Shown here: piece by piece, positions 27,591-37,700 of the stretch
Layout of the letters: every line of letters starts with the position of its first letter
How positions within the stretch are numbered: position 1 is the first letter of the stretch
Assembly: GCA_017510525.1 (NCBI GenBank)
Contig: JAFWNC010000007.1
Span: 25,858 to 89,857 of the forward strand
Origin: Clostridia bacterium
GTDB lineage: Bacteria; Bacillota; Clostridia; TANB77; CAG-508
Direction: 5' to 3'
Length of the DNA stretch: 64,000 nt
Notes under the pieces: model-generated
Databases searched by the model: none
What the model was told of the DNA's origin: nothing
Seen by the model: only the letters and a program-made list of their open reading frames with translations
Position numbers and translations under genes: made by a program

Positions 27591-28136
27591 ATGATTAACT
27601 TTTTTAAAAATAATCATGGTGATACTTTAACTTCAACTGTTGTAGTTGGTGGAATCATATTAGTTGTAACATTTATGGTAATGATTGGTGCTGCAATTAA
27701 TACTGATAATGTTTCAGAAGAAAAAGCACTTGTTCTAACATCTGATTTTATTAATACATGTGCTAATGAAGGTAAGATTACTGAAAGTAATTATGATACT
27801 TTTCAACAATCTCTAAATAATACAGGACATACATATAAAATAGAAATAGAGGTTAAACACTTAGATGAGAATATAGGAAATAAATCATCTTGGACTTCAA
27901 GTTCTGTAATAGGTGAAAACTCATATTATTCAGTTTATACATCTCAGATTTCTGATGAATTAGCTAAAAATGGTAAATACTTAATGAAAGAAGGAGATAT
28001 AATTTCTGTAACTGTTAAAAATACAGATGAATCATTCCTTCAAGAAATGGAAAGTGCTATTTATACAGGACTTGGAAAAGGAACTGCTGTTAAACAAGCT
28101 AATGGTTCAGCTACTGTAAAAGTAAATGGTAAATAA
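27591..28136 (+). CDS. TadE/pseudopilin-like protein
   Basis: N-terminus NNHG-DTLTSTVVVGGIILVV: a Gly followed by a hydrophobic helix. 181 aa. Confidence 0.5.
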   Translation: MINFFKNNHGDTLTSTVVVGGIILVVTFMVMIGAAINTDNVSEEKALVLTSDFINTCANEGKITESNYDTFQQSLNNTGHTYKIEIEVKHLDENIGNKSSWTSSSVIGENSYYSVYTSQISDELAKNGKYLMKEGDIISVTVKNTDESFLQEMESAIYTGLGKGTAVKQANGSATVKVNGK

Positions 28137-28152
28137 AAGGATTTTGATATAA

Positions 28153-30300
28153 ATGGATTTTCAAAAACTAATGATAATTTTTTTAATTATTTTTATTACT
28201 TTATCTGTGGTACTATCATCTTATTTAAATAAGATGATAGATACTTTAGATTTGCAAGCAACTTATAAGAAGTATCTCGTTGATTCTACATATGATGCTG
28301 TAAACGCATATCAGATGAATACAATGAGTGCTACTATAGCCACAGGTGAAGGAAACAAAAGGTATGTTGAAGCATCAATTAATACGTTTTTTAATAGTCT
28401 GGCTACAAACATGGGAGTTTCTGGATCTGACAAGATTGAGTTACAATCATATGTGCCAGCTATTTTATTTACTAATTATGATGGATATTATATTTATTCA
28501 CCAACCAAAATGCCTGAAATTGCAACAGATGAAAATGGATTGGGAAAAACTGATGGTTTAGATATTAAATATGTAAAAGAAGGTTATAATGGAGAAATAG
28601 GTAAAACTGATGATGATGATGAGACTACAAAATCTGATGAAGGTGAAGTTAGTTATAATTATATGGTAAAGCCTTATGTTTATTATAGTGCAACTTATTC
28701 AGGAAATAATTATAATATTATTATTAATTATTCTTTAGATAATTATATTTCAATTTATGGAGAGCGTGAGGGCCAAAGTATTACAAAATCAGGATATTTG
28801 ATTGATTATAAAAATGTTGAATTAAATGGAAATATTTATATCGAAACATATGATGGAACAAGTTATAGAGATCAAAATGTCGCAAATAATAAACTTGAAC
28901 AAGGAATGAGGCTTTCAGGTGGTACAGATTTTGTTGACTATGATGTAAACGGTGATAAAATATATAATTTAATTACTAATTATGAAATAAAAGATAGTGA
29001 TAAAACTATAAACGGAAATAGATTACAAACAGGTGATGAAATAATTGAGGATTCTCTTATATTATATCCTGATAAAATAACAGTATCATACAAAGGTATT
29101 AATATGACAGATTCAAAGGAAAAAGAGTATTATTTAAAATCTTATTTCTTTTCTAGATGGGTAGATGAAAACTTAGGGGATATTGTTAATTCAAATGATA
29201 TTGTTGAAATATTAGATAAAAGTGCATCAGGTATTACAGATACTATAAGAGGAACATTAAAATCAAATCAGAATATTTTAAAAATATATAATGGAGATAA
29301 TTTAATTAATAATCCTGATTCAGATACTTCTATATTTAGTGATCATAAAAAACTTGTAATTCAGAATTCTATAGTATATAGTTTAAATTCTGCTATTTCA
29401 ACATATAGTCAACATTATGGAGATTATGATAGTGAATTACCGGTTTTATCAGTAAGTGATTGGGATAGTATTTTAAATAATATAAGCATGACTGTTTTTT
29501 TACAAGGTATTCCTTGTGGTAACAAGAGATTTAGTGATTATACTACAATAACTAGTACAAATAATAATCAGTTTATTGATGAAAATAATTTGTATTTTGC
29601 AGAATCAATTGGACCCCCTGATACTACTAATTATTATTATGATTATCATAAAATTGATTGTCCAGATCTTGGTAAGACTGGAAATACAGATTATCAAGCA
29701 GATATTAGTGCAGAATTTAAATATGATGCTCGTCAAATACAAGTTAGATGTTTTTCTAAATATAATGGGTGGTGGTATAATTCAGATACTGGTAATTTAG
29801 AGTATGAAACTGAGCCTGGTATTATTACTTCTAAATCATTACAAGATTGTAGAGATGGTGTATATTTCTATGATGAAAGGAATAATACATATTATAGATC
29901 TAATTGGGAAAAAATTTCTGATTTTTCAGAATGGGGGTCTATGCAAAATTTCGTAAATGAACTTAAAAATCAAGGAACTAATAAATATAACGAAATTCTT
30001 CAAAGAGCAAATGCTGAACCGATGGTTGTATATTTATATGAACATAAAAATACAGGATGTTATGAATGTATTGTTAGTAGTAATTATATTCCAATAATAA
30101 AGTTTAATGATGATGGTGAACTTGAATTATCTGATAAGGTAATAACTAGTGATGGAAAGCTTACTGAGTATGGAACAAATATTTTTAATACTATACAAAC
30201 TGCTAATAGTGAGCTTAATAAAAGAAAGAGTGCATGGTATAGATATTTAGCAAGGGCAAGAAACAATTTATATAAAACAAATGAATATATTAATAGATAA
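28153..30300 (+). CDS. large membrane-anchored protein, candidate pilus tip/minor subunit or adhesin
   Basis: 715 aa with an N-terminal hydrophobic helix. Last gene of the locus, before a strong terminator. Confidence 0.5.
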   Translation: MDFQKLMIIFLIIFITLSVVLSSYLNKMIDTLDLQATYKKYLVDSTYDAVNAYQMNTMSATIATGEGNKRYVEASINTFFNSLATNMGVSGSDKIELQSYVPAILFTNYDGYYIYSPTKMPEIATDENGLGKTDGLDIKYVKEGYNGEIGKTDDDDETTKSDEGEVSYNYMVKPYVYYSATYSGNNYNIIINYSLDNYISIYGEREGQSITKSGYLIDYKNVELNGNIYIETYDGTSYRDQNVANNKLEQGMRLSGGTDFVDYDVNGDKIYNLITNYEIKDSDKTINGNRLQTGDEIIEDSLILYPDKITVSYKGINMTDSKEKEYYLKSYFFSRWVDENLGDIVNSNDIVEILDKSASGITDTIRGTLKSNQNILKIYNGDNLINNPDSDTSIFSDHKKLVIQNSIVYSLNSAISTYSQHYGDYDSELPVLSVSDWDSILNNISMTVFLQGIPCGNKRFSDYTTITSTNNNQFIDENNLYFAESIGPPDTTNYYYDYHKIDCPDLGKTGNTDYQADISAEFKYDARQIQVRCFSKYNGWWYNSDTGNLEYETEPGIITSKSLQDCRDGVYFYDERNNTYYRSNWEKISDFSEWGSMQNFVNELKNQGTNKYNEILQRANAEPMVVYLYEHKNTGCYECIVSSNYIPIIKFNDDGELELSDKVITSDGKLTEYGTNIFNTIQTANSELNKRKSAWYRYLARARNNLYKTNEYINR

Positions 30301-30306
30301 AGATAA

Positions 30307-30344
30307 AAAACGATAAAATTGGAAATGTTTTATCGTTTTTTTTT
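30307..30344 (+). terminator. rho-independent terminator ending the pilus locus
   Basis: AAAACGATAAAA ... TTTTATCGTTTT stem followed by T9. Confidence 0.8.
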
Positions 30345-30652
30345 GTTTTTAACATATATAAATTGTTACAATAACTGAAATTACTTAACTTCCACCTATG
30401 AACTTGATTTTAAACGCCTATCCAATTTATTCCAATTATAATTTAACATGGTATTAATTAGATATAAAATAATATTTATCCGCTGGAGGATGGAAAGGGG
30501 TTGAAACTGTAAAAATGAGTTATTAGTTTAAAAAAATTGAGAAAAAAGTTTTTAAAAAAGTATTAATTTTAGATTGAAATCTAGGGTTAATTATTTTTTT
30601 TTGGCTTATTTTATGTTTTATTATTTATTTTTTAATGAGGAGGAAGAAATAA

Positions 30653-30807
30653 TGGATGACGTTCCGTTAGAAAAATGTGGTTGTATTAAAATTTCAGTTT
30701 ATAAAAGTGATAAGGAAAATGGTAAACCGGTTTTTTCTATAGAGTCAGATAATGATGATTTATTTGATATAGAATATATTATAGAGGATTTGTTAAAAAT
30801 GTATTAA
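30653..30807 (+). CDS. small acidic hypothetical protein
   Basis: ATG 30653 preceded by RBS gaggagg. The longer track ORF from 30574 lacks an RBS. Confidence 0.35.
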
Positions 30808-31026
30808 AATATATATTTTTAAGTAATTGTTAGCATATTCTTTTTATAATATATAAAAAGTAAATTATAAAAAAATGTAAAAAAAATAAATAATTATTCA
30901 AAAAAAATGGACAAATTTCTTCTTTTGTTGTAAAATATATGTAAAATCAAAAAAATACCAATTTACTTTTGAAAAAGTTTTTTGTGATATTGATTTAATA
31001 TTATTATAATTTAAGAGGTGATATAC

Positions 31027-31239
31027 ATGCCAGATTTTGTAATTAGAAATAAAAAGAAAAAAGAGTATGAACAATTTACTTGTAGAATTGAAGTTGATTT
31101 ATTAGATAAAATTAGAAGAATAGTTTTAGATAATAATCTTACTTCTGTTAATGAGTTTATAAATGATTGTTTGAAATTCTCTGTTGAAAATCTAAAGGTA
31201 ATTGAAGATTCTGATGATGAATCAGAAAATCGTGATTAA
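31027..31239 (+). CDS. ribbon-helix-helix (CopG-like) small protein
   Basis: ATG 31027 after RBS agaggtg. FTCRIEVDLLDKIRRIV fits an RHH beta-strand plus helix. Acidic tail. Confidence 0.45.
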   Translation: MPDFVIRNKKKKEYEQFTCRIEVDLLDKIRRIVLDNNLTSVNEFINDCLKFSVENLKVIEDSDDESENRD

Positions 31240-31307
31240 TTAAATTTCCCGTAAAAATATTAATATTTATCGTTTAATTTGGTAATCATAAATTTAAGAG
31301 GTAATTT

Positions 31308-32510
31308 ATGAAAAGAAATAAAGCGATAATATTAATATTTTTTTTATTTGTTATTTTTTTATATGTTTGCAATATTACCAATATTCCATCTAGAGTTATT
31401 CTGATGAATAATGAAAAATTAAGGATTAATACATTAATTGGTTTAGATGTAAAAACTAATTATGATGATGTTATTGAAACTTGGAAGAGTGGAGAGGTTG
31501 AAACTAGTAATATGACTGTTAGTTTGCTTGGAACTATTCCTGTTAAGGAGGTTTCTGTTACGAGATTACCTGAGATTAATGTTGTTCCTTTGGGAAATTT
31601 GATTGGTTTAAGAATGTATACTAAAGGTGTATTGGTTGTTGGTATGTCTGAGATACAGAGTGAGGATAATAAGGCTGTAAAACCTTATGAAGGTTCAAGT
31701 ATTAAAGAGGGAGATACTATTGTTGAAATTAATGACTATAAGATTGATTCTATAGAGACTTTAAGAGATGTTGTTAATTCTTCTGATGGGAATGATTTAA
31801 TTATTAAATATGAAAGAGATGGAACTCTTTTAACTTCTACTATTACACCTGTTAAATCTGATGATGAATATAAAATTGGATTATGGGTTAGAGATAGCGC
31901 TACTGGTGTTGGAACAATTTCTTTTTATGTCCCAGAAACAGGGCAATTTGCTGCTCTTGGGCATGGAATACTAGATGTTGATACAGGTGATTTGATTGAT
32001 ATTGAATCTGGTGAACTAGTTACTTCTAAAGTTATTAATATTGATAAGGCTAAGGTTGGCGAGCCTGGGGAGATAAGGGGAAGTATTTCTAGTGGTTCTT
32101 TTTTAGGAGAAGTTAATTCTAATACTGATTTTGGAATTTATGGAGATTTAAGCAATTTATCATCATTTAATGTTGATGTTAATAATTCTGTTGAAGTTGC
32201 TACTAGAGATGAAATTGAGATTGGAGATGCTGTAATTCTTTGCGATTTAGATGGAAATGGAGTAGAGGAATATAAAATTGAAGTTCAAAATTTAGAATTA
32301 AATAATAATTATGATAATAAAAGCATGAAGATTAAAGTTGTTGATGATAGGCTAATGGAGAAAACTGGTGGGATTATTTGTGGAATGAGTGGTAGTCCTA
32401 TTTTACAAAATGGAAAACTAATTGGGGTTGTTACTAATGTTTTAGTTTCTAATCCTGAGGTTGGATATGGGGTTTTTGCGGACTTGATGATTAAAGAAAT
32501 GATGAAGTAG
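31308..32510 (+). CDS. spoIVB: stage IV sporulation protein B, S55 signalling protease
   Basis: N-terminal TM, PDZ (IKEGDTIVEINDYKI), S55 core GVGTISFY ... ALGHGI ... CGMSGSPIL. Confidence 0.9.
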   Translation: MKRNKAIILIFFLFVIFLYVCNITNIPSRVILMNNEKLRINTLIGLDVKTNYDDVIETWKSGEVETSNMTVSLLGTIPVKEVSVTRLPEINVVPLGNLIGLRMYTKGVLVVGMSEIQSEDNKAVKPYEGSSIKEGDTIVEINDYKIDSIETLRDVVNSSDGNDLIIKYERDGTLLTSTITPVKSDDEYKIGLWVRDSATGVGTISFYVPETGQFAALGHGILDVDTGDLIDIESGELVTSKVINIDKAKVGEPGEIRGSISSGSFLGEVNSNTDFGIYGDLSNLSSFNVDVNNSVEVATRDEIEIGDAVILCDLDGNGVEEYKIEVQNLELNNNYDNKSMKIKVVDDRLMEKTGGIICGMSGSPILQNGKLIGVVTNVLVSNPEVGYGVFADLMIKEMMK

Positions 32511-32526
32511 GGATAATGTTTTTCAG

Positions 32527-32647
32527 AACTTTTGTGGACGCGCACCGAAGACTTTTGGGGACGCTCACCGAATGCAACTTGGGCTATCAGCCCAAGTTGC
32601 ATTCGGTGAGCGTCCCCAAAAGTCTTCGGTGCGCGTCCACAAAAGTT
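32527..32647. repeat. perfect 59-bp-arm palindrome (3-nt loop) built from 23-nt tandem units
   Basis: Arms 32527-32585 and 32589-32647 are exact reverse complements. Each arm holds two direct units ACTTTTGKGGACGCKCACCGAAK (32528-32550, 32551-32573). Sits between convergent spoIVB and murC. Confidence 0.9.
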
Positions 32648-32659
32648 TCACTTCATCAT

Positions 32660-34060
32660 TTATTTATCTCTTTCTATTATTTTTGGTCCTATTTCAATTA
32701 CTGTTCCAGCTCCTAGAGTTAAAACAAAGTCATTTTGTGTTGCGTGTGTTCTAATATATTCAGCAATTTGATCAAAGTCTTTCATGTAAGTAGCATCTTT
32801 TCCTAGTTCTTTTATTTTCTTTACTAAGTCTACAGATGTTATATTAAAAGTATTTTGTTCTCTTGCTGCATATATATCTGTTACTATAATATGGTCAAAT
32901 GTTAGTAACGATTGGGCAAATTCTGTTAGTAGGTTTTTTGTTCTACTATATGTGTGAGGTTGGAATATTACCCATGATTCATTGTAGTTTCTGTGTCTTA
33001 TTGCGCTGGCTGTTGCTTCAATTTCTGTTGGATGATGTCCATAATCGTCATATACGCTAAATCCATGATATGCACCAACATATTCTAGTCTTCTGTGTGC
33101 ACCTGTAAATTTAGATAATCCATTTATAATATCATTTTTACTTATTCCATAATATGAGCATAGGGCAATACATGCTAATGCATTTGAAACATTATGTGTT
33201 CCATATACTGATAATTTAATATGAAGGTAAAATTGGTTATTACAGAATACGTCAAATTCTGGGAATCCTAAATAATTAAATTTTATGTTTTTAGCTACAT
33301 AGTCTGCATTTGGATTTTTTATTCCATATGTAACAAATAGACCTTTTGTATGTTCTTCTAAATCTAAACAATTTGGATCATCAGCATTTGTAACTAATAC
33401 TCCATCTTCAGGGATTAGCTCAGCATATTTTATAAAAGAATTTTTTATATTTTCAAATGTTTTGAAATAGTCTAAATGATCATTATCAATATTTAAAATT
33501 ACTTCAGCTTTTGGTGAAAATTTTAAGAAATTATCTTTATATTCACATGCTTCAAGAATAAAATAATCACTGTTTCCAACTGTATAGTTTCCATCGATTT
33601 GTTTTAAAATAGCTCCAACTTGTATTGTTGGGTCTGTTTTAGCTTCTAGGAAACATATTGAAATCATAGATGTTGTAGTTGTTTTTCCATGTGTTCCAGA
33701 AACACAGATACTATCTTTATATCTTCTAGTTAAGTAACCTACAAATTCTCCTCTTGTAACTAATGGAATACCTGATTGTTTTGCTATTACTATTTCTGGG
33801 TCACTACTATTTATTGCAGCTGAATATACTATTAAATCAGCATTTCTTGAATTTGTTAAGTCATGACCAAAAGTAACTTTTATTCCTGATTCTATTAATT
33901 TATCAGTGAATTCATTTGGAGAAGCGTCTGAACCAGTAACCTTAAATCCCCATTGATGTAAGGTTTTAGCAATTGCACTCATACTAACTCCGCCAATTCC
34001 TATTAAATGTATATGTTTGTATTTACTTAAGTCTGTTATTTTAAAATCCAAAATTAACAC
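32660..34060 (-). CDS. murC: UDP-N-acetylmuramate--L-alanine ligase
   Basis: GIGGVSMSAIA and GTHGKTTTTSM motifs. 466 aa. Confidence 0.92.
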   Translation of the reverse strand: MLILDFKITDLSKYKHIHLIGIGGVSMSAIAKTLHQWGFKVTGSDASPNEFTDKLIESGIKVTFGHDLTNSRNADLIVYSAAINSSDPEIVIAKQSGIPLVTRGEFVGYLTRRYKDSICVSGTHGKTTTTSMISICFLEAKTDPTIQVGAILKQIDGNYTVGNSDYFILEACEYKDNFLKFSPKAEVILNIDNDHLDYFKTFENIKNSFIKYAELIPEDGVLVTNADDPNCLDLEEHTKGLFVTYGIKNPNADYVAKNIKFNYLGFPEFDVFCNNQFYLHIKLSVYGTHNVSNALACIALCSYYGISKNDIINGLSKFTGAHRRLEYVGAYHGFSVYDDYGHHPTEIEATASAIRHRNYNESWVIFQPHTYSRTKNLLTEFAQSLLTFDHIIVTDIYAAREQNTFNITSVDLVKKIKELGKDATYMKDFDQIAEYIRTHATQNDFVLTLGAGTVIEIGPKIIERDK

Positions 34061-34327
34061 TCCTTTTTGTATAAAAAGTTAAGAAATTGTATATAATAAA
34101 TATACGTTTTTTCAACAGCTGAATTATATAATACTTTTTCGCATTTTTCAAGAAAAATATGAATATTTGTATAATATATGAATATTTTTTATTAAATGTG
34201 AAAAAAATTATAGAATAATATGTAAAAAAAAGAAGGAAAAGATTTTTTTATGGCGAATAATATTAATAGGATGTATATTAATTTATAATATATGTCTAAA
34301 ATATAAACATTGGAAGGAGTACTTAAA

Positions 34328-34615
34328 ATGCAAATAACAGATGTACGTTTAAGAAAAGTTAATTCAGAGAACAGAATGAAAGCTGTTGCTTCTGTAACAT
34401 TCGATAATGAATTCGTAGTTCACGATATCAAAGTTATCGAAAGCCAAAACGGGTTATTTATTGCTATGCCTAGCAGAAAAATACCTAACAGTGGAGAGTT
34501 TAAAGATATAGCTCACCCAATCAATGCTGAAACTAGAGAGAAGATTCAAAGCGCTATTTTAGAAGCTTATGAAGCTCCAGATGCTGAGGAATCAGCTGAA
34601 CCAGTTGAAGAATAA
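34328..34615 (+). CDS. spoVG: septation/sporulation regulator SpoVG
   Basis: [11 protein letters not shown]...[18 protein letters not shown]...[11 protein letters not shown] 34328 after RBS ggaaggag. Confidence 0.92.
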   Translation: MQITDVRLRKVNSENRMKAVASVTFDNEFVVHDIKVIESQNGLFIAMPSRKIPNSGEFKDIAHPINAETREKIQSAILEAYEAPDAEESAEPVEE

Positions 34616-34621
34616 TAATTC

Positions 34622-34649
34622 AGGTACGCTATTTTTGCGTACCTTTTTT
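34622..34649 (+). terminator. rho-independent terminator of spoVG
   Basis: AGGTACGC-TATTTTT-GCGTACCT followed by T5. Confidence 0.75.
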
Positions 34650-34693
34650 CTTCATTTTTTTTTGCCTTTTTTTATTAAAATTATAAAAAGGTA

Positions 34694-34723
34694 TTGACAA
34701 AATGAAGGTAGTAGTTGTATAAT
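34694..34723 (+). promoter_or_regulatory. consensus promoter for tRNA-Leu (TTGACA-18-TATAAT)
   Basis: Hexamers at 34694-34699 and 34718-34723. Confidence 0.65.
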
Positions 34724-34759
34724 TCTTTTTGTCAGTTGTTTTGACGTATGCCAATAAAT

Positions 34760-34848
34760 GCAGATGTGGCGGAATTGGCAGACGCACAGGACTTAAAATC
34801 CTGCGAGGGTTAAACCTCGTGCCGGTTCGACTCCGGCCATCTGCACCA
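34760..34848 (+). tRNA. tRNA-Leu(UAA)
   Basis: Acceptor GCAGATG/CATCTGC, anticodon arm CAGGA-CTTAAAA-TCCTG, long variable arm, T-arm GGTTCGACTCC, encoded CCA. Hairpin plus T-run follows. Confidence 0.9.
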
Positions 34849-34960
34849 AATACCAAGGGTAAAAATCCTTGGTATTTTTTTTGTAAAAAATATGGTAATG
34901 TTTTTTTGTGTGTGATATAATTTCGAAGAATGTAGATTTATTGGAGAAGGAGTTGGATTT

Positions 34961-36106
34961 ATGGAGATTAAAGTTATTGGTTCTACTAAACCAGGTTATT
35001 TTTTGAGTAAGGATGAAGCTGTTAATTTTTCGGGAAAGTCTGCTGGAATTTGTTATTTGCCAGATACGTTGGAGACTTTATTTTCTGAACCTGAGGAAAA
35101 AACTATAAGAAGGGCTAATGGTAATATTGCTTCAGGTCATCACAGTGTTTTTGGACATATTAATTATAATTTAAGTTTAGAGGGAATTCCTAAGATTTTA
35201 GCAATGATTTTGAATAATGAAAAAATATATAATACTTCTGAGAAATCTGCTAGATATACTGTTATGAAAACATCTGATGAAGAACAAAAATTGTATGAAA
35301 AGTGGATTGAAATATATAAAAACGAGATTTCAAAGAAATATCCTAATATAGATGAGAAAAGGGTAAAGAAGCTTGCTCAGGAAAATGCAAGATATTTAAT
35401 TTCTGTTTTTACTCCTGCAACTGTTATGGAGTATACTGTTAATTTTGGACAACTTAATTATATTATTAATTGGGCTAAAGATTATATTGAAAACGAACCT
35501 GATAATAGTTTTTCTAAAAAATTAAAACCTGTTTTAAAGGAATTTATTGATGCTATGCCTGATTTAGAGGTTGAAGGTTTAGATTCTAAATTTAAGAGTA
35601 GAAGTTTTTCTTTATTTGCAAAAAGAAATAATAGAAAAGAGGAGTTTGGTGAGAATTATTGTACTAATTATTTAGTTAGTTTTGCTGAACTTGCTCAAGC
35701 TCAAAGACATAGAACAATAAGTTATGAAATGAGTTTTCTAGATAAACCTGAATTTTTTGTTCCACCTATTATTAGAGGAACTGAGTTTGAAGAAGAGTGG
35801 ATTAAAGATATTTCTTCTTTAAGTGACAATTTTCCTCAAGGTATGCTTATTAAAGTTAATGAGAGAGGAACTATTGAGAATTTTGTTTTGAAATGTATGG
35901 AGCGTATGTGTGGTGCTGCTCAGCTTGAAATTATGGAACAAACTTATGATACATTAGTTAAATATATTGATTCTGTTAAAGGTGAGCCAGATCTTTATAA
36001 TTATTTACTTCCTTATTCAAAGGGAGCAAGATGTACATATCCTGGGTTTAAATGTACTGCACCTTGTGTTTTCGGTGGCGCAAAGGCTATGGATAGATTG
36101 GTGTAA
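34961..36106 (+). CDS. thyX: FAD-dependent thymidylate synthase ThyX (long form)
   Basis: HHSVFGH region and ThyX signature QRHRTIS. 381 aa is longer than the typical ThyX as I recall it. Confidence 0.75.
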   Translation: MEIKVIGSTKPGYFLSKDEAVNFSGKSAGICYLPDTLETLFSEPEEKTIRRANGNIASGHHSVFGHINYNLSLEGIPKILAMILNNEKIYNTSEKSARYTVMKTSDEEQKLYEKWIEIYKNEISKKYPNIDEKRVKKLAQENARYLISVFTPATVMEYTVNFGQLNYIINWAKDYIENEPDNSFSKKLKPVLKEFIDAMPDLEVEGLDSKFKSRSFSLFAKRNNRKEEFGENYCTNYLVSFAELAQAQRHRTISYEMSFLDKPEFFVPPIIRGTEFEEEWIKDISSLSDNFPQGMLIKVNERGTIENFVLKCMERMCGAAQLEIMEQTYDTLVKYIDSVKGEPDLYNYLLPYSKGARCTYPGFKCTAPCVFGGAKAMDRLV

Positions 36107-36166
36107 ATATTATGATTAGGGCGGGCATGGAAAATAAGCTCCTACAGTTGTTGATTATGGTAAAAT

Positions 36167-36211
36167 GTAGGGACAAGCAGTGAGAACATGGACATTGCGA
36201 TTTGCCCCTAC
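36167..36211. repeat. REP-like inverted pair (GTAGGG ... CCCCTAC)
   Basis: Starts GTAGGGACAAGC and ends TTTGCCCCTAC. A further degenerate copy lies at ~36116-36152. Confidence 0.5.
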
Positions 36212-36236
36212 AGATTTTTTGGGAGGAATGTTGATT

Positions 36237-36746
36237 ATGAAGATTAATGTTGTTTTGGTGGAACCTGAAATTCCTCAAAATACTGGAAATATTGCTAGAA
36301 CATGTGCTGCTATTGGCGCAAAACTTCATTTAGTAAGACCTTTAGGGTTTGAGATAACTGAGAAACAAGTTAAAAGAGCAGGACTTGATTATTGGGATAA
36401 GGTAGAAATTGAGGAACATGATTCTTTTAAAGAGTTTTTGAACAAATATAAACCTGAGGAGAACTGCATGTATTTTGTTACAACAAAGGGAAAAAATGTT
36501 TATTCAGATATTGATGTTTCGAGAGAAAAAGAGGTCTTTGTATTATTTGGTAAAGAGACAAAAGGTTTACCTGAAGATGTTTTACAAAAATATTTAGATA
36601 AGACTATGAGGATTCCTATGAGAGAGACCTTAAGATCATTAAATTTATCGAATTCAGTAGCTATTGTTGCTTATGATTTATTTAGGCAGTCGAAGTTTGA
36701 GGGATTAGAGAGAATTAGTGGGTATTTTGACGACAAAAATATATAG
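36237..36746 (+). CDS. trmL: tRNA (cytidine/uridine-34 2'-O)-methyltransferase TrmL (SpoU family)
   Basis: ATG 36237 after RBS gggagg. The track start 36180 reads through a REP element. EIPQNTGNIARTC and LNLSNSVAIVAYD motifs. Confidence 0.85.
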   Translation: MKINVVLVEPEIPQNTGNIARTCAAIGAKLHLVRPLGFEITEKQVKRAGLDYWDKVEIEEHDSFKEFLNKYKPEENCMYFVTTKGKNVYSDIDVSREKEVFVLFGKETKGLPEDVLQKYLDKTMRIPMRETLRSLNLSNSVAIVAYDLFRQSKFEGLERISGYFDDKNI

Positions 36747-36775
36747 ATTTATATTGACAAAGTAATTAGTAAATG

Positions 36776-36806
36776 ATAATCTAGTATTCGATACTAGATT
36801 ATTTTT
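36776..36806 (+). terminator. rho-independent terminator of trmL
   Basis: ATAATCTAGTAT-TCG-ATACTAGATTAT followed by TTTT. Confidence 0.75.
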
Positions 36807-36830
36807 GCTTATGGATTATTATCATAAAAT

Positions 36831-36902
36831 GGGCAGGGACAAGCCCTGCCCCTACAAATGAATTAATTACATAAGGTGTAGGGGGAAGGCTTGTCCTTGC
36901 CC
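36831..36902. repeat. REPIN-like doublet (two inverted REP units, heads inward)
   Basis: GGGCAGGGACAAGCCCTGCCCCTAC (36831-36855), a 22-nt AT spacer, then GTAGGGGGAAGGCTTGTCCTTGCCC (36878-36902). Confidence 0.75.
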
Positions 36903-36932
36903 TTAATTCTAATAAACGGAGGTTTTTAAGTT

Positions 36933-37601
36933 ATGGCTAAAATTAAAGATCCAGTTAGTGGATTAACTCATTTAGTTGGAGCTGGATTATCAATTGCAGG
37001 ATTAGTTTTATTAATAGTTAGTGCAGCTAAAAATAGTAATGAAGTTGCATGGGATATTGTTACCCTTTCTATATTTGGTACTTCACTAATTTTATTATAT
37101 ACTTTTAGTTCACTTTATCATTTATTAAACTTGAAAGAAGTTGGAACTAGGGTGTTTAGAAAATTTGATCATATTATGATTTTTGTTTTAATAGCTGGTA
37201 CATATACGCCAATTTGTTTAGGACCTCTTAGAGGACCTTGGGGATGGACAATTTTTGGAATTGTATGGGGATTAGCAGTTATTGGTATAATTCTTACAGC
37301 AGTTTGGATTGAAGCTCCAAGATGGCTTACAACTTCAATATATGTTATGATGGGTTGGACTGTTGTAATTGCTATATATCCGATGATTCAAACCTTTTCA
37401 GGTTTATATAAAGGAATGGAAGGCCTAGCTTGGCTTTTAGCAGGTGGAATATTTTATACAATAGGTGCTCTTATTTATGGCTTTAAATGGCCCAAAATTA
37501 CAACGAAATACGTTGGGTTTCATGAGATTTTTCATATTTTTGTTATGTTAGGTAGCTTTTGCCAGTATTGGTTTGTTTTTAAATATTTGATCTTTATATA
37601 A
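36933..37601 (+). CDS. hemolysin III / PAQR family membrane protein
   Basis: Seven TM segments. FRKFDHIMIFVLIAGTYTP and HEIFHIFV motifs. Confidence 0.85.
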   Translation: MAKIKDPVSGLTHLVGAGLSIAGLVLLIVSAAKNSNEVAWDIVTLSIFGTSLILLYTFSSLYHLLNLKEVGTRVFRKFDHIMIFVLIAGTYTPICLGPLRGPWGWTIFGIVWGLAVIGIILTAVWIEAPRWLTTSIYVMMGWTVVIAIYPMIQTFSGLYKGMEGLAWLLAGGIFYTIGALIYGFKWPKITTKYVGFHEIFHIFVMLGSFCQYWFVFKYLIFI

Positions 37602-37700
37602 TTGCTTATTTATAAAAAAAAGGTTGTATTTTTTTCATATTTCAGGTAAAATAGATATAATATAGAATATGAGAGGAATTAAGGTTGAAATATTGTAAGT

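Noticed and set aside
32309-32754. Three overlapping ORFs (32309-32602 minus, 32516-32716 plus, 32572-32754 plus)
   Set aside because: All are generated by reading through the perfect 121-bp palindrome; note the mirrored peptides QVAFGERPQKSSVRVHKS. They overlap spoIVB and murC, so they are not genes.
34629-34920. ORFs 34629-34856 (minus) and 34729-34920 (plus)
   Set aside because: They overlap tRNA-Leu(UAA) and its promoter and terminator, so they are artefacts.
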